A DNA stretch of 60,677 nt, counting the filler, from Sluysia triapertura (Eukaryota): NCBI GenBank assembly GCA_046118255.1. It is 5 parts of 5 records of this genome, joined end to end, with 100 filler letters (N's around TTAATTAATTAA, not from the genome) between each part and the next. Parts side by side here need not be neighbours in the genome. Positions count along the whole stretch, not along the records: positions 24,087 to 35,771 come from JBJNIA010179807.1; positions 35,872 to 48,191 come from JBJNIA010119639.1; 3 more parts are not named here. One strand, 5' to 3'. The notes under the pieces were generated by a model, which was not told where the DNA came from, ran no database searches, and was given only the letters and a program-made list of their open reading frames with translations. Shown one piece after another: positions 26,337-37,967 of this stretch (within the stretch, counting starts at the first letter, position 1; each line of letters starts with the position of its first letter). The position numbers and the translations under genes were made by a program.

Positions 26337-26493
26337 TTATAAATATTATAAAAATTATAAATACTATAAATACTATAAATACTATAAATATTATAAATAC
26401 TATAAATATTATAAATATTATAAATACTATAAATATTATAAATATTATAAATACTATAAATATTATAAATACTATATTATAAATATTATAAAC
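26337..26493. repeat. 9-bp tandem repeat (TATAAATAY)n
   Basis: About 17 units of ataaatatt/ataaatact. Confidence 0.92.
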
Positions 26494-26535
26494 TAACCAA
26501 AAGTATTTATGATTACCAGTAATTCAAAATAAAAA

Positions 26536-26678
26536 TGTTAGACTTCGTAAAATGGACTGACCGGGGATCGAGCTGCGCAGTTCGATTGCTCTACCACTGA
26601 GCTATCAGCCTCGTCTAACAATTTTATATTATTATATTCAATTATACCAAATGGCACCTTAGGCCTTTTACCCCAACA
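26536..26678 (-). mobile_element. tRNA-containing LTR-like repeat, copy 2 (both ends intact, 13-bp internal deletion)
   Basis: Reverse complement of 27536-27691, from TGTTGGGG to GTCTAACA. Confidence 0.9.
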
Positions 26679-27535
26679 ATATAAACTTTAATTGTACTTA
26701 AACATCACAACACATATATAAATTCAATTCTAGATTGTGAAAACTAATTAAAATAACTAATCTTCAGGTTATCTTCATCGATGTACTTCGCACCATTTCA
26801 ACATTAAGAATACTAATAAAATTAAGCATGACAGACTAATTCTAATGCTATTTTATCATGAGCAAATATTTTCCACTAAATTTAAATAAACAATTTTTTA
26901 ATTAAATTAATTAATAAATGTACTTTAATATTTTAACAAATTAAACCTTCTTTTTTAATTTAGATTTAAATATTTTATACACTTATTTTGTTATCACAAT
27001 TCGTCGTAATGATTTATCTTGATTCCTCAATAATACTTATTTTATTGTGAGTTCTAACACTTGTGTTCTTCTTCATCTTCAAGCAAATCCAACAAATTCT
27101 TTTATTGGAATCTCCCGTTTATTTTAAAAAATCTTTCTTAAGGAATTAAAGACTATTTTAGGGGAATTTCTCTTTTTGCTTAATAAATATTATTTTTTAG
27201 GAGTTCCATTTTAATTATAGATTTTAAGAACCATCTTGGAAAAGAGTAGAAGAAAATAATATATGATGTTAAATCAATTTTCTGTGTACTTTATCTGGTA
27301 AAATTTGACACAGCGTACCATGTAACTGTAAAAATTATTATTGTCAGTTAAATTCTCAAAGAATCCCCTTTTATTTTAGTTAATAATTTTTATACAGTTT
27401 TTGGGAAATCCCCTTTTTATTTATTCATACGATTGTAAAATTATCATTAGAAATTAAATAATTAAATTTTTATATTGCTTGAACTTTGGTTATTGTTACT
27501 TTATCTCTGTTTACTATTAATTGTTTAATTCTTTT

Positions 27536-27691
27536 TGTTGGGGTAAAAGGCCTAAGGTGCCATTTGGTATAATTGAATATAATAATATAAAATCGTTAGA
27601 CGGGGCTGATAGCTCAGTGGTAGGACAATCGAACTGCACAGCGGTGGTCCCGGGTTCGATCCCCGGTCAGTCCAATTTACGAAGTCTAACA
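27536..27691 (+). mobile_element. tRNA-containing LTR-like repeat, copy 3 (full length, 156 bp)
   Basis: TGTTGGGG start, 67-bp leader, 72-nt tRNA-like segment, 17-bp tail ending GTCTAACA. It is followed by TT-TGGTGAGCCCGAT, which looks like a PBS. Confidence 0.9.
27603..27674 (+). pseudogene. tRNA-Ala-derived sequence (A and B boxes intact, anticodon stem unpaired)
   Basis: GGGCTGA TA GCTC AGTGGTA GGAC A ATCGA ACTGCAC AGCGG TGGTC CCGGG TTCGATC CCCGG TCAGTCC A. Has a 7-bp acceptor stem with G3:U70, A73, a perfect T arm as in animal tRNA-Ala, and TGC at the anticodon position. Confidence 0.75.
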
Positions 27692-27693
27692 TT

Positions 27694-27706
27694 TGGTGAG
27701 CCCGAT
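27694..27706 (+). promoter_or_regulatory. Putative primer-binding site (tRNA-Trp-like)
   Basis: TGGTGAGCCCGAT lies 2 nt after the terminal CA; 11/13 identical to TGGTGACCCCGAC, the complement of the animal tRNA-Trp 3' end. Confidence 0.5.
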
Positions 27707-28364
27707 GATATTAAATTAATGCTTTTGAAGATACCAAAGCAAATATGTTTTTGAAATCAGCATACGAAGTACGGTTTATACGATTTCTATGGAAAAGAAA
27801 TTTAGTATTTGATAAGTTGTGTTAACAACAGAATATTAATGTAATTACGATATTAAATTTTGATTTAGTTATGTTGAAAAGATATGGAGATTGTTTATCA
27901 CAAATCTTTGGTTAATTGCAGGAGGCAATGGAATTGGAAACCGACGGAAATTAGTATTGAAATTTAATTATTAAAATTGGCCTTTAATTTCCAATTTCCA
28001 ATCTCATAAACAATTATCCAACTGCTATATAAACAATCAGATTTCTGTAACAAAATCAGATTAAAATAACTGGACAAAAAGTAGAAGACTTTAAAAAACT
28101 TAATCTCCATTATGGACAACACATTTGTGATAAACATTGTGATTGAGGACTTAACTTCTGCAATTGATTAAATTTTAAAAAGAGTGGTTTTGTTTTCGTT
28201 AAGGTTAGTAATTTACGTTATTTTGATTTTATTATTGTTAATACAGACATCACCATTTATTTTGTTGTGTCCATCTGGATTTTTATAGATTTAACCAACA
28301 AATTAAATATTATCAACTCAAAAAAATTGAATAAATAATATATAAAAATAAAGATAATAAACAA

Positions 28365-29700
28365 GTGCATGGATCTTCAGGAATTTAGTCAAACATTCTT
28401 TAGTATTTTTTTACTTTCTCATCATCCAATCACTCTCTCGCACAAATAATCACAGCATTCTTTGAGAATTAAGCAGAAAATAATAACTTTGACAATTACA
28501 TGTTACACTTTACCAGATATAGAACACAAAGAAATTATTTATGATCATCTGTTATTTTCATCTACTCTACGTGACTGTATTTGCTTAAATTACATCTCAC
28601 AGCAGTATCGTCAGCATACATAAAAATAGCCAATTTAACTTTGGTTTTTAGAATTTAATTGATTATCATTTTTTCACACCAAATTTTTTTAATGAAAAAT
28701 GTTTAAATTTCTTATTCTCAAACACACATTTTCGAACTTACTTATTGATTATTCTCTTTCATAACAATCATCTCATATTAAATTCATTATCTTTTCATCA
28801 TTCGAAGTATAAAAGATTAAATTAAAGTTATTACGAATCAAATTAACAAGTACAGTACTGTTAAATCAATAATAACAATAATCCAATATTAATTTAATTC
28901 ACTTAAATATAGCCTCAAATGAATTCAATATTCACTAAATCAAGTACACTTATCACAATTTTTCTTATCTTAATAATGATATTTATTCAACCCAAAAATT
29001 ATTTACTATTTTCAAATTAAAAGCAACAGCTCAATACTATATTAACTACAAAAAAATCAAATAAGAATATGATTAAATTAACTATAAATATATGTTCATT
29101 AGGCATGTTAAGCATGCAATAATATATTCGAAAAAACAGAGGTGACGCAACAATATTTAAAAAATGTCTAAACCTAAAAAAATTAACGATAATAACAATT
29201 ATTATATATTTTCGAACAGCCTTAGCAGAAAAATTACAAAATATAATTATTTAATCATTTAAAAAATTAAAATTGAAATTAACTTAAATTTATACTTCGA
29301 AGTATTTCAAAAGAATTCGGGTAGGGTCCCTCCCAAAAATTCAGATTTATTTGGCGATAACTTAAAAATAATTGTAGTTGTAAAAATTAATTGAATTTTT
29401 CTACCAAAAGTTATTTACTTAATGCAATCTTATAAATGATTAAAATAATAAACATCATAAATCATGGATTTTCTTTTTTCAGCATCACTATACACTATGA
29501 TCGATTGTGTTGAAAATTTTTAAGTATTCGCTTTTATATCTCTGTATCGTCCAATCACTTTCAAACTCACAAAACCTCTTTGAAAGATTAAACCGACTAA
29601 AACGATTTTGATACGTACATGGTACAATCTGTCAAGTAAAACAAAGCAAATCGTTTAACAATCAATTCTCATTTTTTTCTTCTACTATACTCGATCTATT
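28365..29700 (-). repeat. Two diverged minus-strand copies of family A
   Basis: tgcatggatcttc...catccaatcac at 28366-28432 and tcatggattttc...gtccaatcac at 29462-29558. Each is followed by a tacatg(g/t)tac...ttc(a/t)tctact block that is also inverted at 27240-27330. Confidence 0.6.
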
Positions 29701-30059
29701 TCTTCATGAATAACTTCTTACATTAAAATAACAAATATTGACATAATGAATTTACTTTAGTTTTTACAGTTTAATTAATTTTCAATTCCTCAAACTCAAT
29801 TTTTAACAAACCATTTCACAAACCATTTCAACCTTATTTTCGGATTCTCCTATTTCATAGCAATCATTTCACATTCAATTCATTATCTTTTCATCTTTCT
29901 AAATTAAAATGCTAAATTTAAATGCTGAATATAGAAGCTTTCCTCGCATGAACTCGGTCAAACCTTATCTTCATCCGAAGATCTCATCAAAACACAGTTA
30001 CAATTTTAACCTAGCATTCCTCATTCAAAAGTTATTCATACAAGCCTAATTTTTCTTAA

Positions 30060-30860
30060 TTAAGATTTTAATTATTTATTTATTCTAAGTTTAAAGGTTT
30101 TATTATGGTTATAAAGTTGTTACATACTTTATAAGGTACTCAGAAGGCTCTAGATATTTTCACTTTCACCACACTGATTCATTTTTCTACTTTTTATTTC
30201 ATTTATTAATATATCAAGTTTATCTTTAATATTGTTAACAATGATTTTATTCTTGAACATTGCAAAGGTTCCAAACATTTTACAAAGTTACCCAAAGGTC
30301 ACAAAAGTTTATTAACATCTCGAAAATTTATTAAGTTCTCAAACTTTTCAAAGATTCCAAAAAATCAACAAGGTCTCAAATGATCCCAAGGTTCATACCT
30401 CAAACATCTTCCCATACCTTACTTAAGTCTTCATAAGGGTCTCAATACCCTGAAGGGTTGTGGTGGCCAACCTCTTCATTCGAAATTTTAATTCAACAAT
30501 ACACATGAAATATCACATTTCAATACATTTCACAGTTTAATTCAACAGATTCATTAAGATTTTAAATTCATAATTCCATAACATTAAAATCATAATTAAC
30601 ATCGAAAATCATCAAATGTATAATTCAAAGATCATTCAAAACATTTCAAGTTCACAATTCTTAAACATCCAAATCATTAATATTATTGAAAAACATTAAA
30701 TTTACATTCTAAATTTACTTCAAAACATATAATCAAATTGGAATTTCTTACAACATCTCCAAATTCTTTAACTCTTTTTTGCATTTTTATTTTTCTACAA
30801 CACGTATTTCTTCATTCAACAATCATGTTGTAATTTTCAGCAACCTTAAGTTTCATTACT
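30060..30860 (+). repeat. Repeat family C/D: conserved block, decayed AAGGT-periodic tandem array and C/A-skewed tract
   Basis: gtttaaaggttttay...actttataagg.actcaga recurs at 32983-33060 and 36596-36675. AAGGT-periodic arrays lie at 30260-30460 and 36750-36940. Confidence 0.7.
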
Positions 30861-31769
30861 TTAACATAGCGCAACAGTTATGTTAGAAAAAGAAAACATT
30901 TCTAAGAAAAAGAAATATTTTCAAGATAAAGAAAACTTTTAAAAGAAAAGAAGAATACGTGTTGAAAGATTTACGTGTTTTCATTCTATTAATCATGTTA
31001 TTATCAATTTTATTTTGGTTCGTTCTATGTAATTCATTATTAAGTGCATTTTATTTTTATTTCTCATTTTAAAAGCATTAAATTTTAAAGTAAATGAAAG
31101 AATATTATGCACGTTGTTTTAGATTTCAAAGAAATAAAGATGTTTTAAAAGAACCAGAATTAATTAAAGAACGTATGTATGCATATATTTTATTTTTATT
31201 TTATATTATTATTTTTAATATTATTATTACTTATTTTATGTTCTTTTTATTTTATTTTATTATTATCATTATCATTAATACTTTCATTATTATGTACTTT
31301 TATTATTACTAATTTTATTATTATCGATTATTATTATTTGCATTTATTACATTACTATCATTATCTTTTCAATCACTATGCTTATTTTACCACAATCAAC
31401 TACAACTGTCAAATTACTTAATTAAATTACTTGTCATTACCTTGTATCTTTGACAGTAATATTTGGAAAAAATCATTCTAATCATCTTTTCAACTAACGA
31501 CTACTTCCAGTGGCTAACAAATAAAAATCAAATAATTTGTACAGTTGAAAAATAATAATAGTCTGTGCACAAAGTAGGCAGATACCACAATATTCAACTA
31601 TTTTTAAATTAAAAAACAGAGTTAAAAAATTAATTGTTTACAGTAAAATACAAAAAATTGTTTCATACGAATTTTAGCACATAATAAATTATTAGCAAGA
31701 GAGTAATCAAAAGAAAAGAGCAACATTTTCATTAATCATTTTATAAATTTTAGTTTAATCATAAATCGA

Positions 31770-32400
31770 ATGTATCGCAATATGATACATGGTTCTCTTT
31801 GTCAATTAAACTTGAATGTAGATTATCGAAGATTATACTGGAACAGAAACGTATGATAGATTCGGTGATACCTGCCCAAAAATCAATGATATTAATGAAT
31901 TTAAAGAACATCTAGATTCTTGTCGACAATATCTACTACTAATTCAGCCAACTTTATCAAGTAACCAACTTTTGTTTAACATCAGATGTATATTTTCCCG
32001 ACACAAAACATGATTTTAAAACGATGAAAAGAATCGGTATACAATCGTCATGACTCGAATGTATTATTATCCATCAAAGATGGATAAAATGATCAGAGCA
32101 AGGTTATTTCAAACATATTTGATCCTAATCGCAATACATCGTATGATTTTAATATCCAACGACGATCGATTCTTTAACATCTCGTCCAATCTATATGAAA
32201 AATGGTTACAAAAGAAGTCAATTCGATGATCAATTTAAACTTCCAAAATGCGCATTATGTCCATTTCCAGTTACATCATCAAGACAATGCACGAAATATG
32301 GCAATGTATGTCCATATGCCCATAGTTTCAAAGAATTAGTTTCAATTCCTGAAAATGAGTTCGGACATCACGCTTTAGTAATTTTTCATTCTTTTGAGCA
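31770..32400 (+). pseudogene. Decayed intronless CCCH zinc-finger ORF
   Basis: KCALCPFPVTSSRQCTKYGNVCPYAHSFKEL (32249-32338) is C-x9-C-x6-C-x3-H followed by a TIS11-like ..EL. A possible eroded second finger, YDRFGDTCPKINDINEF, lies at ~31850. Confidence 0.6.
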
Positions 32401-34764
32401 TTATATTATTTTTGATTTTTATGTTCGTAATTATAATTTAATAATTTTAATTTTAAAATTAATGTCTTATAGCGTGCTCGAGAAATAAAGAAAACAATGT
32501 TTATATAACTTTTTGTCTTATTATTAATAAATATTTCGTAATCAATTTCATGTTTTTTATTAAAGAATTTTGTAAAGTTTTCATAAGATTTAATAAATTT
32601 TTCTTTTATAACAAAAATTTATTTCAAGATAAACAAGTTAAAAATATAGCAACACCAAAAGGGTGTTTGGAACTCCAAGGTGTTCTTCGGTTTCAAAACA
32701 ATTATAAATATTTCACTGTTCATTATTCTTGTTCTAGAAATATTTAATTATATTTATATTATCATATTTCAGATATTTTATATCACTTTTCCTTATATAT
32801 TTTTAAATTCTTTTACCTTTTAACATATTTTCTAAACACTAACTGGACAATCCCAACATATATAATCAGTTTCAACTTTAATATAGCATTCCACATTCAA
32901 ACATTATTCGCATTTATTCACGTTATTTAAACGTTATTAAGCTTTTAATTAATTAATCTATTTGCAGACTTAATCATATTTTGTTTAAAGGTTTTACTAA
33001 GTTTCTGAAGTTATTTAGTACTTTATAAGGCACTCAGAGATTTCTCGATGCTTTCACTTCCACTATTCAGGGTTCACAAGTTCAAGGGTAATAATAAAAC
33101 TTAATTAATAATCACTTACTTTTACATTTTATATATTCTCACATATACAAATCCATTTCTCAATATGAACAATCCAAAATAAAATAAAAAATATTATTGT
33201 TCTCATCTGTTATTATTTCCATTATATTTGTACTGCCATTTTGTTGTCTTATTTTCGCTTGAAATTATCATTCTGTCAACATTATTTTCTATAATTATTG
33301 TTTTATTACTTTATCCTTAATATTGCTGTGGAAAAATAACCTGCGGAAAAATAAAATAAAGTCTTATGTTGTAACTACACTTGAGCAAATTTTAATGCAA
33401 ATGTAATAAAATTCTTACGAGAATAATTATTTTCCTTAACGTAGATTAGAGGGTCTGATAGCTTTTAATTTAATTTAATCAATCTGATCTTAGCTAATTA
33501 TATTTTTTAATGACTGAAACAATCGGTGAAAATAAACCCTATGGGATCTTTAATTTTTTATTACAATTTACTTTGAAAATTATCCCCCTCAGTACATCAC
33601 ATTTAAGAAAGATGTTGGATTGTTGGATCGCGAACATAATTAACAATTTAACACATTTCATAACTTATATTTTATAAATGTAAATATTAATTATAAAAAA
33701 ATATTGCTTATTTTACTTTATTTTTTATCATTTTATTTTATATTATTATATATTACTATTATTTATAATTTTATTCAAATATTATTTATATTATCAAAAA
33801 CAATTTACTAATTTCAATAAATAAATAATTTTTAGAATATCAATAAATTTTTTTACTCCATAAAAGGAATAAATTGTTTTATTGCAAAAAAGAAATAAAA
33901 AAACAAATAAAGAAATATGGTGAAATTATATCTAGTATAAAAGACAATATTTTTGGAATTATTAAACACAACAGCTGCAACAACAGATAATATAAAATTT
34001 AGAACTTTCCGAAATTCGATGTCCATATTAAAATAAGGCTATTTTTAATAAGTGTTAAAATTCTAACTGTAAAAAAGCAGGATCATTTAAAATCACGCTC
34101 AAAAATTTCAACCTTACAGGCTAGGTTAATTTGTAATCAAACTTGAATTTTAACCTAAGATTTGCAAAAATCTTAAGAGTTCAAACTCAATATTATTATT
34201 ACAACTATTTTGTCATTGTACGTATTTTATTGTATATTTTGTCATTAATAAATAACTTGTAGAGTTTATTTAATTTGATTTTTAAAGTTTAATAGTTAAA
34301 AATCTTGTATTATTTGTTAGACCGTAAAAGGCTAACTTAAAATACAACTAAAATATAATTTCTCTTAATCGAAGCATAGAAGAAATATCTTCGTTAGTGA
34401 TTTTCTGCAATTACGTGGCTATTATTTTTTAAGCTTTAAAGTATTACATAATCGCTTCAATAAATCCTAATAGGACGCCTTCTTCATAGATTTAAGTTGT
34501 ACTTATTAGGCGCACAGGCTTACAGATACTTTTCTAAGGTGCGAATCAACTTTCTCAGAAAAAACATTTGCAAAAAATAATCACAATTTTTAGACGCCCT
34601 CTTGCATTTCACTAATTAGATTTATTTACAATTTCGGTCGCCATATTCTCTTAAAACAGTGATTTTATTCTACTGATTAAATATTTCGATCCATTAATAC
34701 CGTAAGTTGTTTTTGTTAAGTTGTTTTTACTCTCCCTAGAGGAAATAAAAATCTTAAAATCATA

Positions 34765-34883
34765 CGTAAAATGGACTGACCAGGGATAGAATCCCGAACC
34801 TCTCGCCGCGCAGTTCGATGCTGTATACACTGACAATTTTTAGATTACTATTCTACATGACACTTTAAGCCTTTATCCCAACA
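34765..34883 (-). mobile_element. tRNA-containing LTR-like repeat, copy 4 (degenerate)
   Basis: cgtaaaatggactgacc...gcagttcgatgct...cccaaca. Confidence 0.8.
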
Positions 34884-35036
34884 GTTTCTTTTTAAGAAAA
34901 TAGACTTAAATTAATATTGTAAGTTGTTTTTGCTGTTGTTAAACAATTTTCAAAGGTTTGTGATGACAACCTTACAATATTTTTTCCATATAATTCTGAG
35001 ATTGTGGCTTCTTTTACTATGTTTATATTATGCATT

Positions 35037-35179
35037 TGTTAGACTTCGTAAAATGGACTGGCCGGGATCGAACCCGGGACCTCTAGCTTTGCAGTTCGAT
35101 GCTCTCCCACTGAGCTATCAGCCCCGTCTAACAATTTTATTTTATTATAGTAAATTTTACCAAATGGCACTTTAGGCCT
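35037..35179 (-). mobile_element. tRNA-containing LTR-like repeat, copy 5 (5' end lost)
   Basis: tgttagacttcgtaaaatggactg...gagctatcagccccgtctaaca...taggcct. Confidence 0.9.
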
Positions 35180-35771
35180 ATTATGTTTTTTAATAGTCAA
35201 TCTGATGATGAAAGATATTCATCATATTTCATTTAAGTATTTCCAACTAACATGTGGTGGTACTTACGGATTTCCATCGGCAAACATTGTCTTAACTACT
35301 GGAGTTTTTTGTACTTTCATATGATTATTCTTGATTGTAAACAGATGCAATGGGTTTGTGTTTTATGTTTTGTTTTATGAGTATAAGAAACCACATATTG
35401 TAAATATCAAATTCCAAAGTAGTCTTTTATTCACCTTCATTAAATAGATCGGCTTTTTCTTCCTTAAAAGCCTGAGGTAAATTATATTGATCTGCTAATT
35501 ACCTTCCTCACTATTATGCGTATGCCTAAGAAACTTATTTTTAGCACCAAGAAAATACTAATAGTATTTTTAGATTACAATTTATTACAATTCATTAAAA
35601 ATTGTTCAATGTTAAAGAAGTGACAGTGATTTACTTCTTCGATAAATTCTTTAAAATATATGAGTGAAACTTCTTAAACATTATGTTTCTACTAATTTTG
35701 TAGAAGGCATCACAAACATAATTATTGCTTGATTTAATATAAATTATTAAATATACAATATGCATTATTTA

Positions 35772-35871
35772 NNNNNNNNNNNNNNNNNNNNNNNNNNNNN
35801 NNNNNNNNNNNNNNNTTAATTAATTAANNNNNNNNNNNNNNNNNNNNNNNNNNNNNNNNNNNNNNNNNNNN
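35772..35871. other. Artificial contig spacer
   Basis: N-TTAATTAATTAA-N, 100 bp. Confidence 0.99.
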
Positions 35872-37708
35872 AAGTTTGGTATAAAGCGTATATACTAAGC
35901 GAACTGACCCTACAGGTAATTTGTTAAGATTAAGGAAAAATCTAACAATATTACGTATTTGCAAATGAAATTTTACGGTGTAGTTGTGATACTAGTGTTA
36001 TAAGATAATACGTAAAACGTTTCAAATGTAATTTTAAATATCAATTAATGTTTTTGGCTGAATATGAATTCAAGCATTGTAAGCCTATAATTTAAATATT
36101 TTGGAATAATATGAATATTTAAAATGGATTATAATGTACATTGATGTTTTAAATGAAAGTAATGTTTAGATATTAGTAGGTTGTGATTTAAAAATGCATT
36201 GAAAAGAGTGTGGTTTAGTCGATGAAAAGAAGTTACGTTACAGTCTAGCTTTTGGTATGTTCAAATGGTGATTGTACAATGTTAAAAATGTGATTTATTT
36301 TCTTGCTATTTTTAAGTAAAATTATCTTTCTGTGATGTTAGGGATTAAATGATAAAAGATTATGAATTTAGAATGTTTGAATTGATTTGAAGGTGTCTGG
36401 TAGTTAATTTCGGATGTAGTTGTAATTGTATTGTTATGAAATGAAGAATAAAATACTTTAGATGAATTTTTTTAATGTAAATTGATGGTTTTGAATATCA
36501 CTGTGGTTTGAATGTTATGAGATTGTGGATTTAAATTGATTTTAATGGATATAAAGGAGATAAAATTCTCAAACTGATAGGTTGACCAGTACAATGTTTA
36601 AAGGTTTTATTAAGGTCCTGAAGTTATTTAGTAGTTCACAATGCATTCAGAAGGCTCTGATTCCTTTTCTACTTCATGTTAATTATTACCAAACTAGATT
36701 TATTCTTGATACCAATAACAATGTTTTCATTTCTCAAATATTTTAAATACTTTATAAGGTTACTAAAGGATCTCAAATACACAGAGATGCTTCAAGAATA
36801 CTTAAAGGTTAATAAGATCTAAAATGATCTAAAGGTTTACAGGTTCAAAGATACTTTAATGCTATTACAGGTTTTTCAAGTCCATCTCAAGCTTCCAAAA
36901 GGTCTCAAACCCTTATATAGGTCTTTGGAACCTTAAGATATTCTTTAGCTATTAACATCATTATAAATGTTTTCTTTTTCATGATTATAATGTTCGATCC
37001 ATCACATGTTTCAGTGCATACACAAAGAAATACTTTTAACTTTTAAATGCACACGGTCATAATTTTAACTTTATTTGTATAATCAATTTTATTAATTTAA
37101 TTTTAGATATTGACTACAAATCTTTTGATTCAACGTACCAGAATAGGTTTTAACGAAATATTTTTTACATATCCTAACCTTAATAACTCCAACAATACTA
37201 GGAAATTTGATTCAATTACCATTTTAATCGAATCTTTCCGATTGTTTCAATTATGAAATTTTCAATAAATGGACACCTTAATTTTTTTTATCTAGTGTTA
37301 ATTTATTTAAATGTTTTATTGAATATTGATGGAATAGGCACTCACTTTAATATTGACAAAATATTTATAATACAATCTCATGAAAATTATTGATTAATTC
37401 TGTATTCCATCAAAAAAGAAAAATTATTTTAAGTTACAAAGTACAGTAGCATTTCCAAATAGAGTTGTAAGTGACAACATTGATACTGCATCTAAAGTTT
37501 CAGTTAATCATTTTCATAATACGCATAATTTTGAAATGAACTTTAAAACATTTCTACGATCCGACATGCCATTTTTCGGAATTATAATGGTAAATTTTTT
37601 GAAAGTTAATATTAACAATAAGTAATTTCATAAATAACTTTAACTTTTAACCCACTCTTAATCTATGCATTTTAATCATATATAATTAATTATAGAAAAC
37701 ATTAATAA

Positions 37709-37876
37709 TTAATCATATTTCATTGACACAAATGTTACATGAACTGCATCCACAAAACCTTTATCTGGTTCATTAATTTGCGAGCCATTCACATCAATAA
37801 TACAATAACTACCAGAAGAAAGTTTCTCATCTTTAAATACATAACCTGGATTGATACATAGTGTATGATCCACAAT
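37709..37876 (-). CDS. POLA2: DNA polymerase alpha subunit B, last exon
   Basis: ttatag|IVDHTLCINPGYVFKDEKLSSGSYCIIDV...VTFVSMKYD*. Contains the conserved C(V/I)NPG motif and joins the previous exon in phase 0. Confidence 0.85.
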   Translation of the reverse strand: MVDHTLCINPGYVFKDEKLSSGSYCIIDVNGSQINEPDKGFVDAVHVTFVSMKYD

Positions 37877-37967
37877 CTATAAACAAGAAAACTGTTAAAT
37901 AGTTTCAGTGATTTCATTTGTTAAATAATCTAAGATTCAAACGATTCAATTTCTTAGTTTTTAATAG

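Noticed and set aside
27603-27674. Functional tRNA gene (Cys-GCA or Ala-TGC)
   Set aside because: The anticodon stem does not pair, the D stem is mutated in this copy, and it sits in a dispersed repeat. G3:U70 and the T arm favour Ala ancestry over Cys.
27521-27754. ORFs 27521-27754, 34651-34836 and 34924-35175 with shared PGSIPG/WPGSNPG peptides
   Set aside because: These are translations of the GC-rich tRNA-derived repeat.
31094-31421. Hydrophobic I/L/F/Y-rich ORFs resembling membrane proteins (also 17653-17856, 25893-26123, 49151-49381, 55313-55510, 56724-56936)
   Set aside because: Low-complexity ATT/TTT tracts or antisense shadows of other features.
35201-35216. Hammerhead ribozyme cores (CTGATGA...GAAA), also near 15583, 15962 and 56525
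   Set aside because: No flanking helices could be formed.
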